A stretch of 64,000 bases of DNA, from IMG/VR virus record IMGVR_UViG_3300021514_000002, positions 160,001 through 224,000 of that record. One strand, given 5' to 3'. Below the pieces are notes generated by a model. The model did not search any database, was not told the DNA's origin, and worked only from the letters and a program-made list of their open reading frames with translations. This DNA is from a virus (taxonomy: Duplodnaviria; Caudoviricetes). Made by a program: the position numbers and the translations under genes. The stretch's first letter is position 1, and each line of letters begins with the position of its first letter. This document shows, in pieces, positions 38,168 through 47,524 of this stretch.

Positions 38168-39517
38168 TTAGAATATTAACATGTTATTGTCGATCCTTGT
38201 CCATGTACTAAAATCCCAACCCGTTAGAAAGTCAGCGCAAACTATGTTATGTTGCACTATTCTCCTATTTTCTACAGTATCACCAACTAATTCCAATAAT
38301 CTGCGGTGACACAATTTAACGTTATCTTCCATTAAATCAATTCCAAATGTTGTCTCCAATGCTTCTTTGGGAGATTGTCCACACCTCAACTTTTCCTTAA
38401 TTATTGCTAAGATAAAATTGCCATCACCACAAGTAGGTTCAAGTGTTATTTTGTCACTATCACATAATCCAGCTTCTGCTAAGTCTGCAATAATATCAGC
38501 GGTGTGTTGATGTGACGTAAAAATTTCACCTGTAATTTTTACTCTTTCAGATGAGCGTTTTATTTCACTAACAATTAAATCATTTTTAAGATTAATAGTA
38601 TTATAATGATCCGAACCTACCGTTCGTACCCATTCAATTAATTCAATTGATAAATTTTTTGATTTATAATAAGCACGCTCATATTCTTCCTGTGAACGAT
38701 ACGCCTTGCCCGTTAATATATCATATGGCATCGATCCCAAAGATTGACGATTTACATGTGATATTGTTGTTGTCATGCACAACAATAATCCAAATATCCT
38801 CATCTTAAAATGATAATAGGCGTTCACTGCTTGAAATTCATCATCAAACGTGAGCATGTATCGTTTCGCTGCGTTGTCGGTGTGTGTGCCGTTCTTTAAA
38901 TCTGGAATCCACACAACGGAACCATCTAAGTCTAATTTGACACCTGTTAATAATTTACTACCAGTTAAAAATTCAAGAGGTTTTGAACCGCCAATATAAT
39001 TTATATCCAGTTTACTATTAAAATGAATCTTTGGTTTAGTAGAAGGTTGGTAAGGAACAAGTGGCATTCTTTTTTGACCAACCGTACAAATATTCCATAA
39101 TTGTTTCCCTTCTTCACCTAAATATAATATAGTTCCATTAGATGTAGTAAAAACTGTCGTGGTATGCAATGCCGTGGTACCAAAATATCTTATCAACTCA
39201 GTTTCTTTTTGACTTTCGCCATTAGCGAAGAATATACAAGCACCAATACCTTTGATTGGTTTATTTGTAACTGGACTTATAAAAGCAGAGCCAGGATACG
39301 TACTTATCTTCTTAACGTTACCACTTAAAAAGGATGACCTTAATTCTTTATTACTATTACTACCACCGCGCAAATAACTGGCGCTGGTAATCAGTGCCAT
39401 TTTACCAGTATCGCTTAATAAGTCATTCTTACATTTTTGTAAAAATATCTTATCAATTTCCTTGTCCCATGGGACATTTCCAACAATAAAGTCAAACATT
39501 TTACTCTGCGGTGGCAT
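38168..39517 (-). CDS. Eco57I/TaqI-family N6-A methyltransferase in circularly permuted motif order
   Basis: N-terminal FDFIVGNVPW (motif IV); C-terminal RVKITGEIFT, LEPTCGDGNF, GIDL, NIVCADFL (motifs X, I-III). Confidence 0.7.
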   Translation of the reverse strand: MPPQSKMFDFIVGNVPWDKEIDKIFLQKCKNDLLSDTGKMALITSASYLRGGSNSNKELRSSFLSGNVKKISTYPGSAFISPVTNKPIKGIGACIFFANGESQKETELIRYFGTTALHTTTVFTTSNGTILYLGEEGKQLWNICTVGQKRMPLVPYQPSTKPKIHFNSKLDINYIGGSKPLEFLTGSKLLTGVKLDLDGSVVWIPDLKNGTHTDNAAKRYMLTFDDEFQAVNAYYHFKMRIFGLLLCMTTTISHVNRQSLGSMPYDILTGKAYRSQEEYERAYYKSKNLSIELIEWVRTVGSDHYNTINLKNDLIVSEIKRSSERVKITGEIFTSHQHTADIIADLAEAGLCDSDKITLEPTCGDGNFILAIIKEKLRCGQSPKEALETTFGIDLMEDNVKLCHRRLLELVGDTVENRRIVQHNIVCADFLTGWDFSTWTRIDNNMLIF

Positions 39518-40361
39518 TAGCTCTAAGTTTCTCAGTCTCGTTAAATTTTTTAAAGTGTGTTTTTAGATAATCAGTTCCATGTGGATTGCATGGGATAGAT
39601 AATACCTTTTCAGTTAGATCGCGGCAGATAATTGGGTCATGTAAGTATTCACTTACGACAATCTCATAAGAACTTGGATTTATAGTAAAGTGATAGTTAT
39701 CATATGCGCTATGAATATCGCGTCTAAGAAAAATCCCATTATTACTATCAGAACACTCCGTTGGCGTAGCATCACCTACTTTGAGGTTTTCAGTTAATAC
39801 ACTATCCGGTATAATATGTGCTGCTTCACATGTGCCATATTCCCCTAAAGCTCCCGTTATTTGGCACATGTTGTTTGCATTATCCGCCACCTGATTTTTA
39901 AATTCGGGTTGATATTGCCTCACCGGTCTTGCGGCACCTAACTTTATTTTATAGTTTTTTGGGTTTTTCACTACATGATGATATGGATTGATGTTATTGC
40001 AAATAATCGCTGGCGAGGCCGCATCGAAGTCCAATAACTCTTCTTCTTTAGCGTGGATACGCGCTCGCATATCACGGGTCGTCCACCCTTTACTAATTTT
40101 TTTTATCCCCAAATCTTTTAATAATTTACTATTATGTGAAACTAAATTATTAAGCGCAGAACGCAAATTAGTTTCTCTAGGTTGTCCGTCAAGGCTGACA
40201 GTTTTCAAATCATCAACTTTGGGGATAAAATACTTAGACTGTACTAAGAGAAAATTATATATTTCTTTATGTGTCATTGGGCGATCAAAATGATCAAGAA
40301 TCTTAGGAAAGATTGTTGCTAATTCTTTTTCAGTAGTTCGTTTGTTTTTTGTGTGTATCAT
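39501..40361 (-). CDS. HNH endonuclease (restriction-type HNH_2)
   Basis: CQITG...EAAHIIP...NGIFLR.DIH..YD; overlaps the methyltransferase. Confidence 0.8.
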   Translation of the reverse strand: MIHTKNKRTTEKELATIFPKILDHFDRPMTHKEIYNFLLVQSKYFIPKVDDLKTVSLDGQPRETNLRSALNNLVSHNSKLLKDLGIKKISKGWTTRDMRARIHAKEEELLDFDAASPAIICNNINPYHHVVKNPKNYKIKLGAARPVRQYQPEFKNQVADNANNMCQITGALGEYGTCEAAHIIPDSVLTENLKVGDATPTECSDSNNGIFLRRDIHSAYDNYHFTINPSSYEIVVSEYLHDPIICRDLTEKVLSIPCNPHGTDYLKTHFKKFNETEKLRANATAE

Positions 40362-40382
40362 ATATTATCCATTATGTTATGA

Positions 40383-41054
40383 TTACATATCGAACTTAGC
40401 AAATGCACGGAACGCAATCTTCTTATAGAGTCCTTGGAATCTACCATACATCCAATTCGCAAGTTTAACAAGTGGATCATTTAATATCGTCCAGAAAGCA
40501 GACGTAGGCCACCACAGAATCCATGTAACGATTTTTTCTTTATGATTTTGGGCAGATGGGATAACACCATCAAGTTTATCTTCGTCGTAGTCGTATCTAC
40601 TACCATCTATAAAATACCGTTCTCTTAGAAACGTATTAAAGGCGGGAATAAAATGCACAGGAAGTTTTGTTTTAGTATTAACTTCTAGTTTTTCATCATC
40701 TGCGATTTCATTTTTACCAATCTGTCTATTACAACGCTTAATAAATTCTAATTTCAATTCACCAAAAGCATCAGCTTTCTTGTTAATAAATGAAAACCAT
40801 TTGACGAATGACCAACCACCACCTACAACAAAATACACAACAAAGTAACCAATCAATGCAATAGGATCGTTAAAAATTGTAACGACAATACCAGAGTGAT
40901 ACATAATCCCCATAAAAATGCCAACTGTTAAAAATGCAAAAAAGTTTTTCTCATTTTCCGCGAATGCTAACACTAATACGAAACAAACTGCTGCCCAAAT
41001 CCAAACCCAGACTCCTGCGGTAATAATTAATGCTGCTGCTAACCATTCTATCAT
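40383..41054 (-). CDS. Membrane protein
   Basis: Three N-terminal TM helices; WILWWP. Confidence 0.7.
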   Translation of the reverse strand: MIEWLAAALIITAGVWVWIWAAVCFVLVLAFAENEKNFFAFLTVGIFMGIMYHSGIVVTIFNDPIALIGYFVVYFVVGGGWSFVKWFSFINKKADAFGELKLEFIKRCNRQIGKNEIADDEKLEVNTKTKLPVHFIPAFNTFLRERYFIDGSRYDYDEDKLDGVIPSAQNHKEKIVTWILWWPTSAFWTILNDPLVKLANWMYGRFQGLYKKIAFRAFAKFDM

Positions 41055-41063
41055 TTCTTTCTC

Positions 41064-41513
41064 CTATAATTCCCAAGGGAATATTAATTTTGTATTATAT
41101 TCTAAATGTTGCCAAAAACAATCAGGAACAAATCCATTACAATTAAATAATGTAATAACATTCAGTTCATGGCCACGATCTTTGTAAGTATCGGCAATTA
41201 ATTCAATTTCAGATACGATGGTAACCATAGAACTTACTATGATTAATTTTGGAAGTACTGGCGCTACGCCATGGCCAGACTGTATTGGCTTACATATGTC
41301 AATAAGTTTTTCTGTTGGTCTTCTACAAAGTTCAGATTTATTAATTACGACAAGTGGTAGGCTGACTAGATTTGCAACAATGGAGGCGCTTACAAGATCA
41401 TCAGATAACGCAAGAACTGCTTCTGATGAATTAAGCGCTTCTGCGTTATTCATTACAAGGGAAAGACACCCTTTAGAAATTTGTTCCCATGAAATGTATC
41501 TTTCATTATTCAT
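41064..41513 (-). CDS. Degenerate type I phosphoribosyltransferase-like protein
   Basis: YISWEQI start and IFPWE end as in Gpt-like PRTases; PRPP loop reads IVSSMVTIV. Confidence 0.5.
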   Translation of the reverse strand: MNNERYISWEQISKGCLSLVMNNAEALNSSEAVLALSDDLVSASIVANLVSLPLVVINKSELCRRPTEKLIDICKPIQSGHGVAPVLPKLIIVSSMVTIVSEIELIADTYKDRGHELNVITLFNCNGFVPDCFWQHLEYNTKLIFPWEL

Positions 41514-42147
41514 ATGCGTTGACGCCTATATTAGCATTCCATAATGTTCTAATTCTACGACACGAATCAAGTGCTAATCTGGCATCTTCTAATGCGTTAT
41601 GACCATCTCTATCGTCGTACCCCATAGTAGAAAAGAAATCATCTGATATGAATGAGCCAACAGTCGCAAAGCCGATTGAATTAGTATCATAGTGTCTACT
41701 ACCGAATGGAATCTCGACACCATGGCGTCTTAACATTTTCCGTAAGAATGGAACATCAAAAGTGTGTACATTATGACCCAGCGTTTTAACTTGCGAGGTC
41801 GGCCCCCAATACTTAACTATTAAATTGGCAATTTGTACTACGGCTTCTTCTTCGGCAATACCATACTTTTCAAGATGTTGTAATGTTAAACCATGTATTT
41901 TTGCAGCCGCTTTGCCAAATTCTGGATCGGCAATACGTGCAGCTAAACTTTCTTCATTCCACTTTATTTCAACGTAGAGTTCTTCTATGGGTTTTAATGT
42001 CTGACCATCCGCAACTATAATACCCCAAGAAATTGCTTGATGTCCATCAGATGGATTATCCGAATCCCAATCAAGTCCCGTGGTTTCACAATCTATCGCC
42101 AGAAGATGTTTAAAGTAACCTCTTGGTTTGTTTTTTAAATCTACCAT
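41506..42147 (-). CDS. DEDDh 3'-5' exonuclease (DnaQ-like)
   Basis: AIDCETTG, GHN...FD..FL, DT, HNALEDA. Confidence 0.88.
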   Translation of the reverse strand: MVDLKNKPRGYFKHLLAIDCETTGLDWDSDNPSDGHQAISWGIIVADGQTLKPIEELYVEIKWNEESLAARIADPEFGKAAAKIHGLTLQHLEKYGIAEEEAVVQIANLIVKYWGPTSQVKTLGHNVHTFDVPFLRKMLRRHGVEIPFGSRHYDTNSIGFATVGSFISDDFFSTMGYDDRDGHNALEDARLALDSCRRIRTLWNANIGVNAYE

Positions 42148-42151
42148 GTTT

Positions 42152-42475
42152 TTATCCGATTCCCCAATTTACTATTTGTTTTGCCCAGTTTGGCTGTTCG
42201 GTGTGTATCCAACATTCTACGCCATCATCCCATTGATACCAAATTTCTTCTTTTGGTATTGAGTGCAACCCTTCTGGGATTTTTTCTATTATTAACCAAT
42301 TGTACATGCATTCATGCATGTCTGCCCAATTTTTATCTGCAGCTTGTAATGCTTTTTGTTTATCTGAAAAATATCCAAAACAACGTTCATGTTTTGGTTG
42401 GGGTTCGAACCCTTCTTCCGCTTTGGCGAAGATTGCTGTTAAAAAATACATTATACATCCACCGCTTTTTCCCAT
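42152..42475 (-). CDS. Hypothetical protein
   Basis: RCFGYF...A...E..Y..IEKI.EG. Confidence 0.65.
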   Translation of the reverse strand: MGKSGGCIMYFLTAIFAKAEEGFEPQPKHERCFGYFSDKQKALQAADKNWADMHECMYNWLIIEKIPEGLHSIPKEEIWYQWDDGVECWIHTEQPNWAKQIVNWGIG

Positions 42476-42708
42476 TGGGCAAATTCTATTTCACCGTCAA
42501 TTAGGATAGGTTTGTCACATGCTTCTGCCATGCGTTCAAATATTGTTTTTAGTTCTTCTATATCGTTACCTGATGGTACGATAGGGTTTTCAGTAATGGC
42601 ACAAAGTTCACCATTTTCATTATAATGCGCCTCGTGAATTTCATAATAAAATTCATCTTCGCAATGGGCATCGCGTTTCCGTACTACTCTATGATTCCAT
42701 GTTGTCAT
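42451..42708 (-). CDS. Conserved phage hypothetical protein
   Basis: WNHRVV...YEIHE.HY; start re-set to 42708. Confidence 0.7.
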   Translation of the reverse strand: MTTWNHRVVRKRDAHCEDEFYYEIHEAHYNENGELCAITENPIVPSGNDIEELKTIFERMAEACDKPILIDGEIEFAQWEKAVDV

Positions 42709-42771
42709 AAAAAATCCCCAGCTATTTTCATAACTAGGGATTATATAACACAATTATTTAATTGTCAAGGA

Positions 42772-43116
42772 TTAATCTTTAACTTTACCTTCTTTCATCA
42801 GGTACTTCTTGATACGCTCATCAATTACTGGCATCTTCATACGGAGCATTTCTAATAACATCATTGCATGATCGGCTTCTTCATCGCGATTATGTTCAAG
42901 GAGTTCACGTAGAGCTTCATCTTCCGTGGCATTCATGCGCATATTGTAATCATTAAACGCAGCAAATTCTTCCATCATTGAATGAATAATACGTGAAATA
43001 TCAATATTTTCACTACTTAATTCATTATATGGTTCATCTTCTGCTACCATGGCTTCGCTAATTGGTAGTGTGCTATCATTAAGCATTCTAAATATCCCAA
43101 ATTTCTTCTTTTTCAT
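42772..43116 (-). CDS. Encapsulated-ferritin (EncFtn/Flp) family ferroxidase
   Basis: SMMEE..A...Y..R...T.D..L..LL.HNRDEE..HA.M.LE.LR matches the EncFtn ferroxidase centre. Confidence 0.85.
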   Translation of the reverse strand: MKKKKFGIFRMLNDSTLPISEAMVAEDEPYNELSSENIDISRIIHSMMEEFAAFNDYNMRMNATEDEALRELLEHNRDEEADHAMMLLEMLRMKMPVIDERIKKYLMKEGKVKD

Positions 43117-43139
43117 ATCCTATCCTATTTTATGATTAT

Positions 43140-43397
43140 TTATGAAGGTAAGATAATAGTTTTCTTTGAACCATACGTCAGTTCTTGTTGAAATATTTCT
43201 TCAAGTTCATCATTCCATTCATCTAATTCTTTAAGGAGTGTTTTGGCCAATTCAAAATCACCACGCTGATGATGCATAAATGCCAATTCGCGTTTTTGCA
43301 TAATTACTTGTTCACAAGCTTCAAGATAAGTAATTTCATAAATTTCGCGTAAACTTTCAATGATTTCTTCTTCTGGTGGGGAAAAATATACTGTCAT
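43140..43397 (-). CDS. Hypothetical protein
   Basis: ORF in run. Confidence 0.65.
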   Translation of the reverse strand: MTVYFSPPEEEIIESLREIYEITYLEACEQVIMQKRELAFMHHQRGDFELAKTLLKELDEWNDELEEIFQQELTYGSKKTIILPS

Positions 43398-43409
43398 CTT
43401 AATATGTTC

Positions 43410-43976
43410 TCATTTTGTATTGATTTTATCTATAATCAAATTTATCCTTTCTGACAAATCCAATGTCTTTATAGTAGTGAGATTATCATTAATTATCATC
43501 TGTTTGGTAATGTCCATCATTGTATGATTAATTAATTTACTATAATATTTATTAGTACTTCTAACACCATCATGCTCCACAGCATCAAACACCGTTTCTA
43601 TATAAAAGACATGCGCATATGATTGACAATAATTATAACAAGTTTGAAAATAATCACCCAACCATGTATCATATTCATTGTATTGCCCAAATGAAATTAA
43701 TGAATATGTGAAAAGGTCTGAATATGTTCTTTCTGTAAAAAATATTTCCGAGCTTAGGCTGGCTTCCAGTTCATCATTATATTTTCGGCGAACGAGTTCT
43801 TCTTGGAATGCCAATTTTAAATCAAAATCCGAATTAACAACATCTAAAGATACCCCCCAATCATCTAAAATTGAACGAGCTGTTTTTCTTTCTATGACAG
43901 GATATCCTAAAGATTTCAGTTCATTTAGAACTGTGGTTTTTCCTGAACCTTGTGAGCCTGATATTGCTATTAACAT
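43410..43976 (-). CDS. P-loop NTPase / nucleotide kinase (AAA_28-like)
   Basis: GSQGSGKTT; FTERT..D. Confidence 0.8.
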   Translation of the reverse strand: MLIAISGSQGSGKTTVLNELKSLGYPVIERKTARSILDDWGVSLDVVNSDFDLKLAFQEELVRRKYNDELEASLSSEIFFTERTYSDLFTYSLISFGQYNEYDTWLGDYFQTCYNYCQSYAHVFYIETVFDAVEHDGVRSTNKYYSKLINHTMMDITKQMIINDNLTTIKTLDLSERINLIIDKINTK

Positions 43977-44018
43977 ATTTTTCCAATTATTGTAAGCTTT
44001 ATAATATTTTTCATTATC

Positions 44019-44219
44019 TTAGTCATTATAATTGGCTTTTTCCACTTTGTCAAGCGCTACAACTAAATCGGCTACAATTTTATTGTTCTTTTTAAGTTTC
44101 TTGAGATAAACGGCGGCTTTTGTTTTTGTTTTGGCTGATTTAATTTTAGATGAATATTCGGTTGATAACGCTATTGACGATTTCAATTCTTCCACTAATA
44201 TGTTTTTTACTAAACTCAT
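44019..44219 (-). CDS. Hypothetical protein
   Basis: SD GGAA; basic. Confidence 0.6.
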   Translation of the reverse strand: MSLVKNILVEELKSSIALSTEYSSKIKSAKTKTKAAVYLKKLKKNNKIVADLVVALDKVEKANYND

Positions 44220-44497
44220 ATTAAAATCTGCTCATCCTTAGATGCAGCCTCAGCCTTTTGTTGAAGAATAGCATCAATAGTATTAATGCCTACTTGTAAT
44301 TGTTTGGCTATTTCTGCATGGCCAGCTTGTAATGCCATTACTGAACGATTATTTAGTATGATACGCTGATCCCAAAGAGCATTAATATCCATTTTACCCC
44401 AGTTTTCTGGAGACACTTTTTCTATTTTTTGTCGCGTGATTGGTGTGATATCACCATTAATATTTACTGCACCGGTAAAATCTTTTACATCTGCCAT
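44216..44497 (-). CDS. Hypothetical protein
   Basis: Start re-set to ATG 44497 after AAGGAG. Confidence 0.65.
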   Translation of the reverse strand: MADVKDFTGAVNINGDITPITRQKIEKVSPENWGKMDINALWDQRIILNNRSVMALQAGHAEIAKQLQVGINTIDAILQQKAEAASKDEQILI

Positions 44498-44590
44498 TAT
44501 ATTCTCCTTTATTGTTGTATATATCAACTTAAAACGCAACTAGTATAAATAATAGACATAGCACAGATTTTATATATTAAAGGGCATAGT

Positions 44591-45574
44591 ATGAAACGTA
44601 AAACAACCAAGGAATTTATAGATGAATCTATAGCGATTCATGATAATAGATATGACTATTCGTTAGTTAAATATAAGAATAATAAAACTAAAGTAGAAAT
44701 TATTTGCCAGCTACATGGTAAATTTTTACAAGTAGCTAAAAGTCATTTAATGGGTTCTGGTTGTATTAAATGTCACCATACAGAAACCTCGAAAAGGTTA
44801 CAATACAACAATGCCGATTTTATTAAATTAGCAAAAGAAAAACATAATAATAAGTATGATTATTCTACAACGATTTATGTTAATAGCCATTCAAAGGTTA
44901 ATATTGTTTGTCAGGAACATGGAACATTTATGATGTTGCCAAGTAACCATATATACGGACAAGGTTGTCCAAAATGCGGTCAAATGATAACAGGTAAGTA
45001 TACAACCGCACAATTTATACAAAAGGCGAAACTATGTTACAATGGTAAATTTGACTATTCGTTGGTAGAATATAAAAATTCAACAACGCCCGTGATTATA
45101 AAATGTCCAGAACATGGGAAATTTAAACAACGTCCAGATTATCATTTGACAAATACCATATCTTGCCCCACGTGCGTGAACAATATACGTTCCGAAAATG
45201 GTATAGGTGGGTATTCAATGGCTTTATTCGAGGCGAATTCAGACTTAAAAACTAAAGCTGCATTGTTATATGTAGTAAAAATATATGACAACAACGAATC
45301 TTTTATTAAAGTTGGAATAACTATACAATCATTGAGCGCAAGATTTTCAAAATTTAATATCAATGGTTACAAAATAGTTCCAATTTATACATCGGCCTAT
45401 TCGTTATATGATGCTTTTATAAAAGAACAATCTATTATACAACATTTTATTGGAAGTACTTATAAACCAAAAAGGAAATTTAATGGTTGGACGGAATGTT
45501 TTGTATCAAACATAACACAAAATATTATCAATTTTGTAGACCAACAATGTGCAGAAGTTGTCCATTACCCATAG
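44591..45574 (+). CDS. Putative homing endonuclease: three DUF723-like Zn repeats plus GIY-YIG/T5orf172-like domain
   Basis: C..HG.F.....H..G.GC.KC x3; LYVVK...IKVGIT; opposite strand to neighbours; TATAAATA at 44544. Confidence 0.7.
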   Translation: MKRKTTKEFIDESIAIHDNRYDYSLVKYKNNKTKVEIICQLHGKFLQVAKSHLMGSGCIKCHHTETSKRLQYNNADFIKLAKEKHNNKYDYSTTIYVNSHSKVNIVCQEHGTFMMLPSNHIYGQGCPKCGQMITGKYTTAQFIQKAKLCYNGKFDYSLVEYKNSTTPVIIKCPEHGKFKQRPDYHLTNTISCPTCVNNIRSENGIGGYSMALFEANSDLKTKAALLYVVKIYDNNESFIKVGITIQSLSARFSKFNINGYKIVPIYTSAYSLYDAFIKEQSIIQHFIGSTYKPKRKFNGWTECFVSNITQNIINFVDQQCAEVVHYP

Positions 45575-46454
45575 TAGTAATACTATAAGATTGGTTACGA
45601 TCTGCTGATTTCGTCTTTTTGACAGGTATATCAGTACCTGCTAATATATCCCTACGAATATCTAATTCATCATGTGTGGCATCGTGAAGATTGTATATCC
45701 ACAATTCTTCATATGTTCCAGATTCGGATTGGCGCTTGTAAATTAAATGCGCATCTTTGACCGTTCTAATAATACCTGCACGATTAGGATCAACGGGTTC
45801 TTCCATATTTACATCATCAACAGGTGGGGTCAATACTTCTTCGCCGTTGCCCTGACTTGGTTGGTCCATACCACCGCCCATAGAAACCCCTTGTCCAAGG
45901 CTTTCAGCTCCTTCCTTGGAACTTAGTCCAAATTCATCAAGGAAACGGGTATAATAACTAACTGCTGTAGAATTAGTCACACCGACTTCTTTCATAAACG
46001 AATTGATTATATCTGCACGGGTTGCATTTGGGCGATTAAACATTGCTTGAAATAATTGTCTAGCTTGATCAACCTTAGCAGCCTTCATTTCTGGTTCTTC
46101 TTCTTTTGGTGTTTCGCTAGGATATGTAGTCATCCCAGCATCAGCATCATTATTGTTTTTCCCATATGCTGGTCCTGAAAGAACATTAGCCGAAAAAGAA
46201 CTTGGAGTTATACCTGCTAATAATTCTAAAATGAGGCTTTCGCCCACAATACCACCAGAGGAACCTGCATACGAACCTGAGCTTGAATCAGCGCCTGCAA
46301 CACCTGCGGTAAACCATGCGTCAGCTAGACCCCCTGGATTATATTCGCTTTTGTTGTATTTGATTTTCTTCAATTTTGGCTTTTTAAGAAGTTTCTTTTT
46401 AGAAATAGTCTTATTTTTAATAAAGTCTTTAAGTGATAATTTTTTGGTTGTCAT
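45528..46454 (-). CDS. Conserved jumbo-phage late protein
   Basis: GIIRTVKDAHLIYKR...YEELWIYN...ILAGTDI; TATAAATA at 46478-46485. Confidence 0.7.
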   Translation of the reverse strand: MTTKKLSLKDFIKNKTISKKKLLKKPKLKKIKYNKSEYNPGGLADAWFTAGVAGADSSSGSYAGSSGGIVGESLILELLAGITPSSFSANVLSGPAYGKNNNDADAGMTTYPSETPKEEEPEMKAAKVDQARQLFQAMFNRPNATRADIINSFMKEVGVTNSTAVSYYTRFLDEFGLSSKEGAESLGQGVSMGGGMDQPSQGNGEEVLTPPVDDVNMEEPVDPNRAGIIRTVKDAHLIYKRQSESGTYEELWIYNLHDATHDELDIRRDILAGTDIPVKKTKSADRNQSYSITTMGNGQLLHIVGLQN

Positions 46455-46547
46455 TACAATTCCTCATGTACACTAGGTATTTATACAACCTGTTGAAGAT
46501 GGTGAAAAATTGCAGCGATAAATATATTAAAACAACGAGGGAATGTA

Positions 46548-47000
46548 ATGACAACCAAAAAACGCGTACGAGGTAATCCACTACCTTTAATTGTTGAAGA
46601 ACATCCAGAAAATTATGACGGTTACCCATTTATAACATTAATCCAGTATCGCGACCAGCATTTATTGGGTATAATTGATAATACTACAGATAAAATGATA
46701 AAAGCGTATATTTTAGACTTGTGTGGGCCTGCTCGCGTGAATGAAGAACAGGTTATTGAGATTGCTAGTCAATGGTACGCTACAGCAAAGGATAGATACC
46801 CGTTATCGTTTGAATTTTCAAAGCGTGGACTTTCCGAAGAGGTGAAGGGAATTTATAGATCGTATGCTGTAGGATTCGTCACGCGCATTATTGGACCACT
46901 TCCTCGATTTGAAATGTCAGAAGTTAAGAGCGTGAAAAGACGCAGAAGAAAGCCAATTTCAAATAATATTGAAGTTCATAATAAAATTATGAAATTATAA
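46548..47000 (+). CDS. Conserved jumbo-phage hypothetical protein
   Basis: ATAAATA at 46518; SD GAGG. Confidence 0.7.
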   Translation: MTTKKRVRGNPLPLIVEEHPENYDGYPFITLIQYRDQHLLGIIDNTTDKMIKAYILDLCGPARVNEEQVIEIASQWYATAKDRYPLSFEFSKRGLSEEVKGIYRSYAVGFVTRIIGPLPRFEMSEVKSVKRRRRKPISNNIEVHNKIMKL

Positions 47001-47507
47001 GCTGGTTTTAATCTTGTGGTTTTTTAGAAATTTCTTTTCGGATAAATCCTGTTGAATATCTGAAATCATTGCCCATGATTCTGTTGCCATATTAGTATCT
47101 TCTTGTGAACTAATTCCCATAGGATTTGCAGGGGTTTCCATATCGTGATCAGTTGCAGGAAGTTCTGGTGCTTTGGTTTTAGCTGCAATTTCTTCAATAG
47201 CTTCTAAATTTTCAGCATAGGCATACTGTTCACCTAAGTCTGTTAAATTTCCCGTATCATTTGTAAGTCCTTCATTTCGCATAGCATCTTTACCTTTTTC
47301 AGTAATTGCTGCTTCATTTTCACCGACCTGCACCATGCCAAGTTTCACAAGAACGTCACGATTAGCAACGACGTTTTTATCATTTGAAATACTTGAATAA
47401 GCTGTCAGGGGCGTAGATTCAGGCAAGCTGAGTTTAGCTAACACAAATTTTTGAGCATGTGATAGCCGAATATTAGTAAGAATTTGAACTTCGTTTATTT
47501 TATCCAT
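46995..47507 (-). CDS. Late hypothetical protein
   Basis: ATAAATA at 47513-47519. Confidence 0.7.
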   Translation of the reverse strand: MDKINEVQILTNIRLSHAQKFVLAKLSLPESTPLTAYSSISNDKNVVANRDVLVKLGMVQVGENEAAITEKGKDAMRNEGLTNDTGNLTDLGEQYAYAENLEAIEEIAAKTKAPELPATDHDMETPANPMGISSQEDTNMATESWAMISDIQQDLSEKKFLKNHKIKTSL

Positions 47508-47524
47508 GAAGGTATTTATGATGA

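Noticed and set aside
42401-42412. GGGTTCGAACCC, resembling a tRNA T-arm
   Set aside because: It lies inside a CDS (EGFEP) with no acceptor or D arms.
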